Origin: Cyanophora paradoxa CCMP329
Lineage: Eukaryota > Plantae > Glaucophyta
Assembly: GCA_004431415.1 (NCBI GenBank)
Contig: QPMI01000712.1
Coordinates: 1-64,000, forward strand
DNA: 64,000 nucleotides
Direction of reading: 5' to 3'
Shown here: one piece after another, positions 11,395-24,900 of the stretch
How positions within the stretch are numbered: position 1 is the first letter of the stretch
Layout of the letters: the number at the start of each line of letters is the position of its first letter
Program-made: the position numbers and the translations under genes
The notes under the pieces: model-generated
What the model saw: the letters and a program-made list of their open reading frames with translations, nothing else
Databases searched by the model: none
What the model was told of the DNA's origin: nothing

Positions 11395-12914
11395 GTCTCT
11401 GTCCGCCTTGCAAGTGTGCACATGTGGCTTGCGGGACGGGTGCAATTGCGCATGCGGCGCTGGAATTTGAATGCGTACGTGATTAAGCGGCCTTACTCAC
11501 TACTCGTATACTCCGGTCAGATGCATCCGGGTAGCTGCGGCTAGCTAGCAACGTACACGTACGTATATGTACCGCGGGCCCGGGGCCGCGGCCGGTAGCG
11601 CCTATAGCTAGCAGTCCCTTGAGCTTTGAAATTCGATTCGCTTCAAGTGCACACGTATATACGGGGTACGTAGACCCGGTGCACGTGATCGAGTACCCCG
11701 GTCTGATCGCTTGAGTACCCCGGGCCCAGTCTGAACTCGGAATTACTAGCACGCAGCGGCCTCGAGCTCTGCTCGAGCTCTGACTGGTCCGGCCGCCGGT
11801 TGGAAACGGGGTAGCCTACTAGGCTAGCAGAAAGCGACTCGGCGAGGCCCTGAGGGGCGCCCCCGGGCGCCGGCCCGCGCCCGGGCCGGGCCGGGGCGGC
11901 CTGCGCCGCGGCCGGCGCCGGCAGTGCGCATGCGCACTGCGCATGCGGCACTGCGGCATATCATCATCATCGGCATACATTGCCATACAATTCATATGCA
12001 TGCCGCGGCCGGCGCCGCGCCTGCACTGCCGCCGGCCGGGCCGGCGCCGCGCCTGCACTGCATGCGCACCTGCAGGCTAGCGCGCTAGCGCGCCGCGGCG
12101 CTGGCGCGGCGACGCCACGTGCACGCGCGCCATGGCCCGGCGGCCAAGTCCAGCAAGCCGCTAGCCCGACCTCAGCTATAGCTAGCTTCGCGCGCTGGCC
12201 AGCTAGCGCGGCTGTCGGCTAGCTCGCCGGCTAAATCATGCGCTTGTACCCAGCAATTGGCTCCATTCCCCCCCCTGCTCGAGTCTCGATAAATCGAAAC
12301 TCGCAGGAGCTCTTTTTTTCGCATTCGGTACAACAGGTACTTGATGCGGCCTAGCGCGCTACGCGCTGCTTCCCGAGCATTTGCATGTATGACAAGCTTT
12401 GCTGAGCATCGCAAGAGCTTTCTTATGCACTTGGTCCGGCCCCTATACGACCACAGGATCAGGCGCTGCAAGGGATAGTCCAGGAAAGGGTCCGGTCCTT
12501 TTTTCCGCGCAGCATTCCGCTCTTTCCAGGTTCTGACAACGAATTCCGGGCTCTCGTGCATGCACTAACACTCGGTTAAGAGCTCGGAGCTGGATCGGGA
12601 GATGAACAGACTCGTCATTTTGCAAGTTACCGAAAACGGGGGCCCTACGTACCCCGTTTCCAATAATTATTGAATTCGAACTTCGGAAATTCGAAAGCCC
12701 AAGCACCTACTTTTCACTTATATAATTAAGCTTTGCTTCGCGCTGCTACGCATCTGCGAGCAGCGCAATGATCTGGGAGCGATGTACATGTAGAAGCATT
12801 CCTAGCGCTAGCTGTTTCGGGGATGTTGTGGGCCGAACCTGTCACAGTGTGGCAGCGCCTGGAGACGTTGTCGACGTTGCATTTGGTACCCCTCTGCAAG
12901 GGACGGGTCATGAT

Positions 12915-13468
12915 TAGGGCTGGGCCGGTGGCGGCCGGTGGCAGTGGCGGCCTCCCACCGACCGACCGGGTGGATGGTCTAGATCTGGTCCACCGCCATA
13001 TATACAACGCCCGGTACCATACAAATAAAAATTTTAGGGGGGGGTAGGCTCGCGAAAAATTCATATTCTCGCGCGCGAAAGTTACATATTCCGTGCACCC
13101 AGGCCAGGAAAGTCCTGCTTAGTTCATCTTCCTGCTCTCCTGCGCTCCTGTGCTCTTCAATCCGACGGAGCCCAAGGGAGCTGACGCCATCGATCGCGAT
13201 ATCCCGTACCCCTCCTGAGCATATGCATCAACCACCCCGGCCTCCCCCTCAACTGGCTTGAACTCGCCCCAAAGCACTTGCTTTAGACAGTTGGGAACAG
13301 AGTAGGCGCGTAGCGCCTTGAAGCTGTGCGGAATTAAGCGTATTTCCTGCCAATTTTCACGCACTGCAGCAAGTACCCCCCCTCTACCGACCGCCACCGG
13401 CGGGTAACAGTCAGCGGGCCCACCGACCGGGTGGGGGTTCAGGTCGACGTCGACTGTGCCCAGCCCTA
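12915..13468. mobile_element. Non-autonomous hAT-type MITE
   Basis: 11-bp TIRs TAGGGCTGGGC (12915) / GCCCAGCCCTA (13458-13468) with a perfect 8-bp TSD GTCATGAT (12907-12914, 13469-13476); subterminal ACCGACCGGGTGG at both ends. Confidence 0.85.
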
Positions 13469-13533
13469 GTCATGATCACGGGCCCGGGGTCTTATTTCAT
13501 CATGGCATGCAAGCTTTAACTTAGTAAGCAGTA

Positions 13534-13797
13534 CTACCGTATAACACAATATTAATGCGCTCAATATTAATGCGTTTTTGGACCCGGACCCCCAGTACGG
13601 CTAATAATGCGTCCCCAATTTAATGCGTTTTTACGCTTCGTCGCCTGCATTAGGGGGGTACTGAGGTCTACTGACAGCAGTTTCTTAGCAATCTGTTATT
13701 AATGCGCCCCCAAATTAATGCGTTTTGACGGCAGAAAACGCATTAAATTGGGGGCGCATTAATATTATGCGCGCACTAATATTCTGTTATACGGTAG
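13534..13797. mobile_element. AT-rich MITE, Tc1/mariner-pogo type
   Basis: Ends TACTACCGTATAACACAATATTAATGCGC and GCGCACTAATATTCTGTTATACGGTAGTA match as inverted repeats at 27/29; TA on both flanks; internal repeats of TTAATGCG. Confidence 0.8.
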
Positions 13798-14681
13798 TAA
13801 GCATGCGCAGTGCCATGCACTCGTTCGAATTCATGCTGTGCCATGGCCCATGGCCACGGTGAGTCGGTGACTGCTTTATTAAATTGGAGTGTTTTTCTAC
13901 ACCATCTTCCACCGAAAATTAAAAGGCCCTCGAGCTCAAACGCGCGCCCTCAAATTAAACTGCCTTGCCAAGTTGAACGGGTTTGTATCAAATTGTATGG
14001 GACGTTATAATTATTAATAACGTTATTAATATTAGTAGCATATTATATTAACGTTAATTATAACGTCATTAAATTAGTAACATGCATTATATAAATAGTC
14101 CATTTTCCAGGTTACTAAAGTTATTAGTATAATTCCATCACTGCATACGTACTGCAGGAACGCTGAGGAACCTACTAAGAGGTTCTTGAGTTGTTTTTTT
14201 GGAAAAACATTCATGTTACCGTACCCCCGGCACGCTCCGCCGGCTCCGCGCGCGCGCGCGAGTCCGCGGTTGCAATATTTAATCGATCATGATCATGAAT
14301 CATGATCTCCGGCCGGCGGCCGGGCGCGGCGCGGCCGGCCGCGGCCCGCGAGTCCGCGTCGCTCTCCGCGACTCCCGCCGCGAGTCCCGCGAGTCCCGCG
14401 GGATCCGGCCGCGGCTGCGCATGCCGCATGCGCAGTGCGCATGCGCATGCGGACTCCCGGGTCCGGGCCGGGACTCCGCGGCCGGAGCGGCGATCCCTCA
14501 TGATCATCATCGCGATCGACATCCCTGTCGGGCCAGTATCGGCTGTTACAACAAGGCGCCATCGCCAGCTGCAGCCAGGTGCAGGAAGTCGAAGTTTCGG
14601 CCCGGGTGCGTGCTACGGTACGCGTTAGTTGCAATTGTAACTGCCGCGCCTGACCGTGGGACGGCCTGCCGGCACACAGCG

Positions 14682-17600
14682 ATGGCGCGGTTGCACAGCT
14701 CGCACGGCGCGCCGGTCGCGCTGGCGGTCGCCGCCCTTCTGGGCCTCCTCGCGGTCGCCCTCGCCTCGACAAACGACGGATGCCGCGCGAGCCTCGCGAA
14801 CCCGCACAGGGTGCGAGTCTCGCATACCTGCATGCCCACATATGCATGCATATGATCACGCATGTATACGTATACGTACCGTCCGGGATCCCGCATCCGT
14901 GCACATAATAATATAATGTATACGTACACGTACACATATACAGATTTCGAATTTTGAAGCCACAGCCGGCGCCCGCCCTAGGCCATGGCCAGTCTGCACT
15001 GCGGCAACGAGCGTAACGGTTACTCCGTCCGAATCCGCGCAGATCTGCTTCGCGAACGGCCTGTCGGTCGACACGCACGCCCAGCCGGCCCTCGCGCACC
15101 ACGCGAAGCTCCGGGCCCGCCAGTCGTCGCAGGGCCCCCGCGACCACCACCGCGGCCAGCCGCAGCACGACGTCTACGACCAGCCGCGTGTCTACCTGGT
15201 GCGCACCGCACAAGCCAGTCGCCACCGGTACCCGGCCAGCACTGATGCGGGATGGTCGATGCTCCGGTCGTGATCAGGTCCACGTCGGAGCCCCGCTGAC
15301 GGTCCAGGCTCGGGCCGCGATCGAGTCGCACGCGGGCGTCGCTCTGGGCGGCTACATCCCGCACCACTCCTACTTCGTCACCGCCACGCCCAGCCAGGCC
15401 GAGCGCTTGCGGTGAGCAGTCGATCGAAATGGTATAAAAATTCGAAATTATCTTTCTCGGCTAGTGCTGCTCATGCAAGCGAATCTCGCCTAGTGCTGCT
15501 CAAGCGAACTCGAATCTTGATTAAAAATTCAAATATTGATTACTTCAAACGATTATTCCTGCTTTAATTTTTCAACTTCGCGTGTGCACACAGATCGGCC
15601 CCCGGCGTGCAGTGGGTCGACGCGCACCGCCCCGAGCACAAGGCGCGGCCTCGTACCCCCCACTGACTGAGTTTGTCCTTGCATTTGATCGCCCCGTACT
15701 AAACCCCGTCCCAGATTTCCCGGACGGTCGCCTCGTTTTCCGCCCAGACGAACGAGCTCTACGCCAGTGTTCGTACCCAAGGCGACCTCACTGCGTACGC
15801 CGGTGCGCTAGCGCTTCCGAAGATCCATTTGCTATAGCTAGAATTCGAAATCATCCGTGCACGCATGCGTTCGGAAGTCTGCCTTCAAATTTCTGCTGAT
15901 CCACGCGCTCGTGTACATGTGCAGCCACTTTGGAGAAGGCGCTCCGGGACGAGTTCCCCGGAGCTGCGATTTCCGTCAGCCCCTCGCGCGTGGCGGTTCA
16001 CGTCACCTGCGGGAGTGCCGACCCCCGTCGCGTTGCCGAGCGCCTCGCGGACGAGGTGTCATGAATTTCCTTTGTTAAATTCGTTGGAATTTGTCCACAG
16101 TTGAGCTCGAATCGCCGACCAGCCACTCGTGTCCTGGATCGACGGAGTGTCCCGCTCTACGCTCCGCAACAGACACGCGGCGACGCTGCTGACATCCGGT
16201 GCCGCCTCGACCGCCAGCGCTAGCTGCAGAAGCATCTGAGGCTCATGATCGCTCGTGGCGCGCTATTTTCTCCGCATCTGCAGGACTGGGAGACGGCTTG
16301 CCAGAGAGCAACCCCCTCTGGAAAAAGGGAATTCACGGAGAAAACCAGATCGTTGCGGTGAGCTCGAGCGCGCATCGCCAGATATCGTAGAATTGTTTCA
16401 AGCGCGCACCAACTACAGCTAAAAACCTCTCAAAGAACTAAATTGATATGATATTAACGTTCATATTGATCATCATGAGTTGCCTCGAAGACATTGAGAC
16501 CTTTTGAACGCGATCGGTTGTTTTGCTCAGGTCGCAGACGGTTCTCTCGATTTCGATCACTGCTCATTCCTCGAGGACGGAAGCGACACGGCCAGGTGCG
16601 CATCCGGGTTTGATTCATGATCAGACAACACTCGCGCCTGCGGGCGGCGGCTCACTTACACTGAATTTGAAATCGTCGCATGCGCAGTGCCTTCGCGGCT
16701 GCGCTGGCGGATTCGGCTCTTAAGGACACGAAAGATACGGTTGCGGCCGCCAACCGCAAAAAGGTGCTCCGCCGTCTTTGAATTTTGAACACGTTACGTA
16801 GCAGCTTCTTTGACACGGACGAGCAATCGGCAGCTGCTCCGGTACTGGATTTCACCGAAGCCCGGCGCGATATTCAACGAGACTACATCAAATTCACAGC
16901 ACGGCACTCACGTCGCAGGAACGGTTCTGGTGAATTCGAATCTTCAGACTTGCCTGAGTCACGATAAATAGTACGCGCGCTCTGAGCTGATGCCTGGCGT
17001 GTCCAGGGCAAAGTCCCGACGGACTGGGCGAACGCCACCGAGGCCGCAGAGGTGCGCCGCTGTATCGCTCTCCCCTTGCAATTGAAGTCGTCGACGACTC
17101 TGCTGAGCGCGGGCCGTCAGATGTCGAAGTACAACGGGCTCGCGTACGAGGCGAAGCTCTTCTTCCAGGTCCGCTTAACGTCGATCGATATCGTGGATCG
17201 CTATAGCTAGCGATTGGGGGACCACCTTTAGCGATTGGGGGATTGGGGGGGAAATTGAGATCGGGGGCTGCCTTGCAATTGAGTGCATCTGATTAGGACT
17301 GACGGCACCGTCTGTCGCAGCACCTTTCCGGTGGCGGTGGCTCGATGTTGGCCCCCACCAACCTCTTCGACCTCTTCCAGCCGGCATACGAGGTGAAACC
17401 GAATTCCGGGCTCGCAAGAATTTCGAATCCTCGCGCCAACATTCCGGGACCGGCAGCTCGGGGCCCGCGTCCACACGAACTCGGTGAGCGCCTCGGGTTC
17501 CGGCGCCCGCCCCCGCGCCCCGCCCCGACGTCGGCTGCGCTCCGGGATGTTTCAACTGACATGCGCATTTCGCTCCCCATCAGTGGGGCTGCAGCGTCGA

Positions 17601-20600
17601 CCCTGACACAGATAAGAACAAAACCAGGTACGCGTTGCGCCGCGCCTTTGCAATATTGATTGCAATTGCGCGATGCTATTTTCACACGCGCTACAATTTA
17701 TACAATTTCAATTTTTCTACAATTTTTGCACGTGGTCCCCGTCTAAGAAAAAGGGGTACCGCGCGAACAGCTGCAACAAGTACGGTATGAATGCGAGGGA
17801 TGTCGACGAGTTCGCCTTTACCAAGCAGGTGCGCCGGCATGCGCCCTGCCCGCTGCGCGTGGACGTTGCCTCCCGCGGCCGCGGCCGGCACCCTCCTAAA
17901 ATTCTGCCTTCAGGACATGCTGGTGCTCATCGCGGCCGGGAACGACGTGCGACCCCGCTCTGGACACACACCCCTCTTCGCTCACTCGCGCGTGGCCTGC
18001 AGGGAGACGGGGGCGCCGCCGAGGGCACCCTCGGAGACGTGCGCGAGCTTGAAATTGCAATCATTTCATTCTCGCCGCGCCGTCCGGGAATATTATAGAA
18101 AATCGAATTCGAGTGAACAGCTGCAGGCGCGATTTCTCGAAAGTTTTGCAATTGTGTGATGCCCGCGCCGCAGCCCGCCACGTGCAAGAACTGCATCGCC
18201 GTCGGCGCTTCCCACAACTCCGTGGAGGCGTGGAAGACCCTCGGCCAGTTCGACGATAAGTACTGTGCGTCCTCTCATCCTCGCGATCGCCCACCATTTT
18301 GTTCATTCTCAGCCTTCTAAGCTTATAATTTCTTCGTTTTGAGCAGATGCGAAATGCGTCAATGAGACCGTCGACTGCTCGACCACTACTCTGACGGGAT
18401 TTGATAAAGGTGTGGCGTGATCATGATATCGAATTCAAAAAGGATGCAGTCCAGTTGCGATATCCCCCTCGGCGACTCACGCACCGGGGCGCAGTCCGGT
18501 GTTGCGGGGGCCAGTTTGACACAAACGCGTTCAACGAGAGCAATATGGCTTGTGCGCGAACTCCCTATCGCCGCAATGTCGTGCAGCATTGTTTGCTGCA
18601 GCTTAAAATCAATAAGCTTTTTTTTTGTGGGTGTGGCACTGATCATGATTGTTTTCGATGCAGCGTTCTCATCTCGCGGTCCCGCTCACGATGGGCGCAT
18701 CAAGGTTCGCGATTTCATTGATCATGATCGTGCCTTGCACTCTTTGTGTATGTCAAACTGAAATTTACTTATAATCACGCAGCCGGATTTGGTGGTCTGT
18801 ATAATTTATAAGTATCTATATATTTCTGCGGCTCAATCAGCTCAATCACACGTTTGAACGCGGCTCGCGATCGGTGCGCGTGCGCAGGCGCCGGGCTTCA
18901 AGATCGTGTCGGCGGGCTCGGACCGGAACTGGAAGTGCGTCTCGCCGGCTCCTTCTAATCGCGCGTCGCAAAACTGCAATCGGCATCATTCTTATCGTCT
19001 CTTCATTTTCGCATTTTCGCCGCAGGTCGAATCAGTGCTCGCCATGTGCGCGCCCGAGGGCTTGTGTTCACGTTGCGCTCATTGGATCGAGACTCATTCT
19101 GAAGCTTGCAACGTTCTGCAGATGGCGCGGGCACGCCAGGCGTCAAACCGGCTCTAATGGCGATGGATGGAACATCGATGGCAACCCCGGCGGTGAGCCT
19201 TTTTAAAACAGACATGTCGCTTGTTAATCGAACCGGCCTCGAATTCTTTGCAGATGGCGGGCCTCGCCACTCTTGTCCGCCAGTACTTTGTTGAGGGGTG
19301 CGTGCTGCGCGTGCGTTCGAAGCATCACCACTCATGATAGCATCACCACTCATGATATGACACTGCATCATGATCAGATATTACCCAACGGGCTCCAAGG
19401 TTCGATTTTCAGAGTCATTTTCGAGCAGATGCACACCGCGCCGTTTAGGCTTTGCGCATGCTATTTCGGGCGATGACATATACATCTGCAGACGGCCTCG
19501 AACGGATTCTCCCCTTCGAGCACGCTCATCCGCGCGGTCCTGACGAACGGGGCCCGCATGCTCGGGGGAGTGGTCACCGAGGGCGAGGAGAACTCCGTGC
19601 CCATCCCGCTGCAGACCCAGAAACCCGACAAGTGCGCCCGGCGCGCCTCGCGCTCTGCCCGGGGGCGCGCTCAAGTGCACCGCTCGTGCGCCAGGTACCA
19701 GGGGTGGGGGCAGCCCACCGTGGCGCACTCGCTGCGCTTCGCCGATTCCAACTTCTCGTGCGCTCGCGACTTTCGAGCCGTTTAGGCAATTGCGAATCGC
19801 CTGACCACGCCCTCGAATGCCCACGTTTTCCCCCCAGGATGTGGTTCCACGAGAGGAACGTGACGGCCGCGAACCTCGGGGCCGCCTTCGAGTTCTGCGT
19901 CGACCTGACGGGGCAGGACGGCGGGGCCGCCCCCTTCCGCACCACCCTCGTGCGCTCTTCGAGCTGCGTACTTCTAGCTAGTATAGAGTGCTGGCGCTCG
20001 AGATCTGATCATAGCCATGATCATGACCTCGCGATCGAATGCAGATCTACCTGGACCCCGCCGCTGAAGTGGCAGCAGCGCTGACGCTGATCAACAACAT
20101 GGACCTCACCGTCGAGGTCCGCTGTCCGATCGCCCTCCCCATCCCGCGTTCGCGAATGCACGTAACCTCTTTCCCATGACTAGGAGCTGCACACGGGCAA
20201 GAAGCACTACCCGAACGGCCTGACCGTGCATTCGGATCATGATTTGACCTCTCGGTGCCTCGCAGCTCGATTGATGGCCGGCGGGTCGCCGCGCGCAGGG
20301 GCCTGACAATCTGAACGTCATGGAGCGCATCGGGCTCCCCGCGTCGGCGCGGGGCAAGCACACCGTCGCCGTCAACGTGACGGCCTTCAACTCCGACCCC
20401 GAAGACGGGCCCGCCCTCTTCACCCTCTTCGCCACCGGCAACTTCCCGACCCCCACGGCCGGCCGCTGCGTCGCCACCCCGTCCCCCTCGCCGTCCCCCT
20501 CGCCGTCGCCCATGGCCAGCGGGACCACGCCCTCGCCGAGCCCGAGCCCGAGCCCCTCGCCCTCGCCCCCCGGCGGCGCCGGCACCGGCACCGGCGGCGC

Positions 20601-21548
20601 CGGCACCGGCGGCGCCGGCGGCGCCACCCCCACACCGGCGGCCCCGATCCCGAGTGAGCCCGCGGCCGCCCGGCCCGCTGCGAGCGCCGCGCGCGCGACG
20701 GCTGACCCCGCGGGGCGCGGCAGCCGCGAAGCCGAAGGCGACGCCGGCGCCGAACGTGGCGCCGGGCGTCAACGCCGTCGAGTTCGTCGTCACCCTCTTC
20801 GAGCTCCCCGGCGGCAAGAACGCCACCGCCGAGAACTTCGACGAGGAAACCGAGGCGCGCGCCCGAGCAGCGCGGCCCCCGGCCCCGGGCGTCGCTCGCT
20901 CCTGCGGCGCCCGCGCTGCCTCAACCGCGCTGCGCAGGAGAACTACATCTCGGGGATGGCGGCCGTGCTGAGCTACCCGCCGCCGCCCGTCGACAAGGAC
21001 CGCATCTTCGTGACGGACGTGAAGGAGAAGAGCTCGCGGCGGCGCGGCCTGCGGGCGACCTCCCTCGAGATCACCACCCTCATCATCGAGGCGCTCGGCG
21101 GAAGCACCGCCGGTCCGCGCCCCGCCCCGCCTCGCGCGCGCCTCGCCGCCATCTCGCCTCCTCGGGGCCTGATCGGGGTCGGGGTCGGCGGGCGGCGGGC
21201 AGCGTCCAAGTCGCTGGCGGCGATCGAGGCGCAGCTGCGGACGCTGGCGGCCTCGGGCGGCCTCGACATCCCCGGCTTCAACGTCACCGCCTCCACCATC
21301 ACCCGCGCCCTCGCCCGTGCGCCCCCGGCCGTCGCCACCCCCGGCCCCTCCCTCCCGTCCCCCCCCAGGCCCTCCCCAGTGCCGCGCGGCCCGCGCCCCC
21401 TCTAATTTGCCCGCCAGCGTCCACGGTGGGGTCGGCCGTGCCGTACTGGCCCGCGATGGGAGCAGCGGCGGCGCAGCAGGCGAGCCCGCTCCTCGCCGGC
21501 CTCGCCGCCTTCCTCGCCGCGGCGGCGGCCTTTGCGCTCGGAATGTGA
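14682..21548 (+). CDS. Secreted subtilisin-family S8 serine protease (KP-43/TagC-like), many introns, S/P-rich linker, hydrophobic (GPI-like) C-terminus
   Basis: Signal peptide MARLHSSHGAPVALAVAALLGLLAVALA; GIHGENQIVA-VADG (Asp), HGTHVAGT (His), VHTNS-WG, LIAAGND, TCKNCIAVGAS, FSSRGPAHDGRIK-PD, MDGTSMATP (Ser), YQGWG, LINNMDL; tail LLAGLAAFLAAAAAFALGM*. Confidence 0.92.
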
Positions 21549-22266
21549 GGCCACGTGCACTGCACTCCGGCTTGACCGCGCGCGGCGACCCCAGCTTCGC
21601 GGTCACCGGTACCCCTCCGGGGGGGCGCGGGGCGCGGGGATACGTATACATCTTTCGATTTCGATTCCGCTAAAATGTGATTGAGTACTAGTTGGCATTT
21701 ACAGATTCAGCAATAATGTAGACAGGTAGTAAATGCGAGTGGCGTACTCGTTACGCAATTAAATTCTATCTTGTGCACATGTATCGATTATCTTTTACGT
21801 GTTTCGAATTTGAATAAATCAGTGGCACGATCTCTATAGCTAGACGTCGACACACTAGCTGCAGCTGCAGGCCGGGGGCACCAGCGCTAGCATGCATATG
21901 CGCACTGCGGGGGCACCAGGAAGAGCCAAGACAAAAATAATAAACGAAGAGAACAATACGAGCTCGAGAGAGCAAGTAGAGACGCTAGATCTGAGACGAC
22001 GAGCGCTAGCAAGAAGACAATCTGAGAGGCACGAGAGCCGCTGAGCGAACTTGAGCTTGGGAACCGTTGAATTTCGGAACATCATGGCATCGACACCCGG
22101 TGACCAAAACTCGAGTTCGAAGGGTACCGTTAGAGACACGGATTTCGCCGAGTCGGGATCCGGAGCCTCGAGCTCCGAGGCTCCGAGCTCCGAGCTGATC
22201 CGATGATCATGATCATGCCATGATGAGGAAGATATAGATAGAGCTATCATAGTGTAGCTGACCACA

Positions 22267-22811
22267 TGACCGTCACGGCGTCGGACGTCGACGAACCTAA
22301 GGCGAAGAGGAACTTGGAACTTCGGAATTCGAACGACTCGGCGATGCGAATGCTACATAGTAGATTAACCCATGTTCCCCTTGGAAGAAAATTCCGTTTA
22401 GTACTACGGCAGACTCAAACTGCCAGCATTGAGAGCGGTGCGAACAGTCAAAGTCACTGACTGGACTGTGCTCCATGGGTGGTCCAGCCTGGGCTGCCAA
22501 CAGTCGTGCCAGCATGTTTGGTAAGTGGGGAACTTGTGAATCGCAGGCCAGTGGTTGAGTTGTCGCTCTCATTGGTATACTCAATTCGATATGCACTTGA
22601 AGGCTGCCAGTGCTGCCTTGACTCACTGTGGTCACTGAGACAGGCTCCACATGAGAAGGAAAAGTCACTGAGTGATGTATGACTCTGTGACTTCTTAAAA
22701 AAAAGTAGCGGCAGCCGCTGCCCTTGCCAGTGAGCTTGGAAGTATGAAGTGGGAAGATCTGCCACAGAGTGGAGTTTTGTGGCTGAAATTGGGTATCCGG
22801 CAGTTCTGTCA
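22267..22811 (-). repeat. Putative 3' LTR of the Gypsy-like element
   Basis: On the minus strand it starts TGAC just after a polypurine tract (GGAAGAAAAAAGGAAAAAAAGGGA, ~22820-22843) and ends GTCA at 22267 where host-style sequence resumes. The second LTR is not in the window, so this is unverified. Confidence 0.45.
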
Positions 22812-23612
22812 ATGGAAAGTCCCTTTTTTTCCTTTTTTCTTCCTGAAGTGCTGTGGTGCACTTGATTGCTCAGTGCCGATTCAGAACCGGTTCGATTCTT
22901 GGCAAACAATAAATAATACATTAAACATCTTGGCATGTACAACAAAAAGAAAAGCATATGTTCCACAATGTACAAACAACAAAACAAGACAAAAAACAAA
23001 AAAACACAACACTAACACAACGTTCACACATTCACAACAAACAAAACAGAAACTTGCCAAATTGAAATTGAAGAGATTGTACTTGCATTGTTTGTTTAAC
23101 ATCTAGTGTTTTAGGAGGTTTTATACGTCCCAGTAGACCTTAGCAACCTTCCCGTAGCGTACCAGCAGCAGGCGAGCAGGCTGTCACGTTGCAAGAGAAA
23201 GCTGCTAATCACAGACTACTGTGTACCCTAGGACACGGCTACCGGAAAGTATCAAGCTAGAGTCAGAAAAAGTAGCTAGGGTCGCATCTTCGTACAGGGG
23301 TACAGTGACTCAGGAAATCGCGAGAAACCGCGGGTCAAGTCACGGTACTACTGCGAACGAAGTGCGAACGAAGCACTAACGGCTAGGAAACCCTATCGGC
23401 AACAGCTCTCCAGGTCCTCACAGACGCTTCCACGCGGCTGGATCAGAAGAGATGTAGAGCTGCGCATTTGGTTGAGGGCAAACCAGGCAGCGGTGATCAG
23501 CCGCTGACCCAGCGCCAAGAGAGAATTCCCGAAACTCGCAAGCCACATCCCAGTGAAGGGCACGTCATCGACAACGGAAGTGAATCCGGTAAACCGCAGT
23601 ACGGGCCGTGAT

Positions 23613-24900
23613 TCAAGACTCGTCATCCGTCGTGTCATCATCGGAAAGTGAATCGGGATCAACGGCAGGTGGCGGAGGCACGGGGACCTCATGATCGGGC
23701 GGCACAGGCACGGGGGCCTTGCGAGGGCGACCGGCTTTGCGGGGAGCGAGAACATTGGCAGGACGCTCGTGAAAAGCGATCATGAGATCAACGTGCATGA
23801 GAACCTCGCGCGAGCGATACACCAGTGAAGTGTCATCGCCTCGGACAGTGTACAAAAGACCGTGAGAGTGAACCTCAGTGACAGTGTAAGGGCCAGTCCA
23901 ACCATTGCGAGGCCCAGTGCGCTTGACGTTACTGGTCTTCGCGCTGATAATCCAGCACAACACTTTGTCACCAGGCTTGAAAACACGATGCGGCTCACGG
24001 CCAGTCACTGCTGAGTGCCATAGCGAAGCAACTTCTTGTTGTAAAGTTTGCGGTGTTCTCGGACGGCAGAGATTTGGTCGCGGGCGGCTCGAGCGACCGA
24101 CAAAGCGTAATCGTAGAGAGAAACGGGATCTTCGTGAGGTTCGCGCAGGGTGAGGTCGAGACGAAGATCGCCAGGCAACATCAATTCTCGTCCAAAGTGC
24201 AGAGCGGCGGGTGAAAAACCAGTGGCAGCGTGAATCGTGGTCCGGAGAGCGAAGAGCACGCGATAATGATAGAAAGGCCAATGGGAATTGTCCTCCCCGT
24301 TCTCATCGCAAAGAGCATACACCAAGCGCTTGTAAATGCCACCAAGCCGCTCAGCACCGCCGTTCGTGGACTGGTGGGACGTGGGAGCGTAAATCAACCG
24401 AGTACCCTGGCGAGTCCAGAATTTGCCCCAGAGACTAGTAGGCGTGAAGACCTTGGCGTTATCCGTGAGATACCGCTTGCAAGGGCCGTGATTCGCGTAC
24501 ACAGTTTGTGCAGCCCACTCACAGGCACGACCATCAGCCTCCGTCAGCATCAAAATCTCAGGGTACTTGGTAAAAGCGTCGACGTCAATGTGCACAAGTG
24601 TGAAACGGTGAAGTCGACCGTTCTCAGAGGGCGCCATAGGGAAGTGATCGGCTTGACGCAAGTCGCCAGGATGCTCAGACTCGATCACAGTGAATTGTGA
24701 CTTCGGCTTCTTGTGAGCCTTGGCAAACTGACAGTGTCGGCACGTCTTCACGTAGCGATGGACAGCAGTCGTCATGCCCGGCCACCAAAACCGTGAGGCG
24801 ATGCGCCGAGCAACAATGGGGGCACCACGGTGAGCCCAGTCATCGTGGTAAGCGTGAACAATCTTCTCCCGCCACTCTGGGGTACAACGATCTGAGGCCG
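23613..24900 (-). CDS. Gypsy integrase (H2C2 zinc finger, DDE core, GPY/F module, AT-hook tail); frameshifted
   Basis: HDDWAH...CRHCQ; QADHFP, YLTDNA, TNGGAER; TTIHAATGFSPA; FKPGDKV...WTGPYTV; KAGRPRK. Confidence 0.92.

Noticed and set aside
5950-11413. Very long minus-strand ORFs (1307 aa, 1155 aa) and many similar R/P/G/A-rich ORFs
   Set aside because: Antisense or off-frame shadows of the spliced plus-strand gene; stop codons are rare at this GC content.
12172-12720. 129-aa basic minus-strand ORF in a lower-GC patch
   Set aside because: No motif, non-host codon style and no clear ends; possibly a decayed element but not supportable.
22880-23106. Hydrophobic ORFs (22881-23102, 22454-22999) suggesting an env-like membrane protein
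   Set aside because: Artefact of a low-complexity A/C-rich tract in the Gypsy 3' non-coding region.
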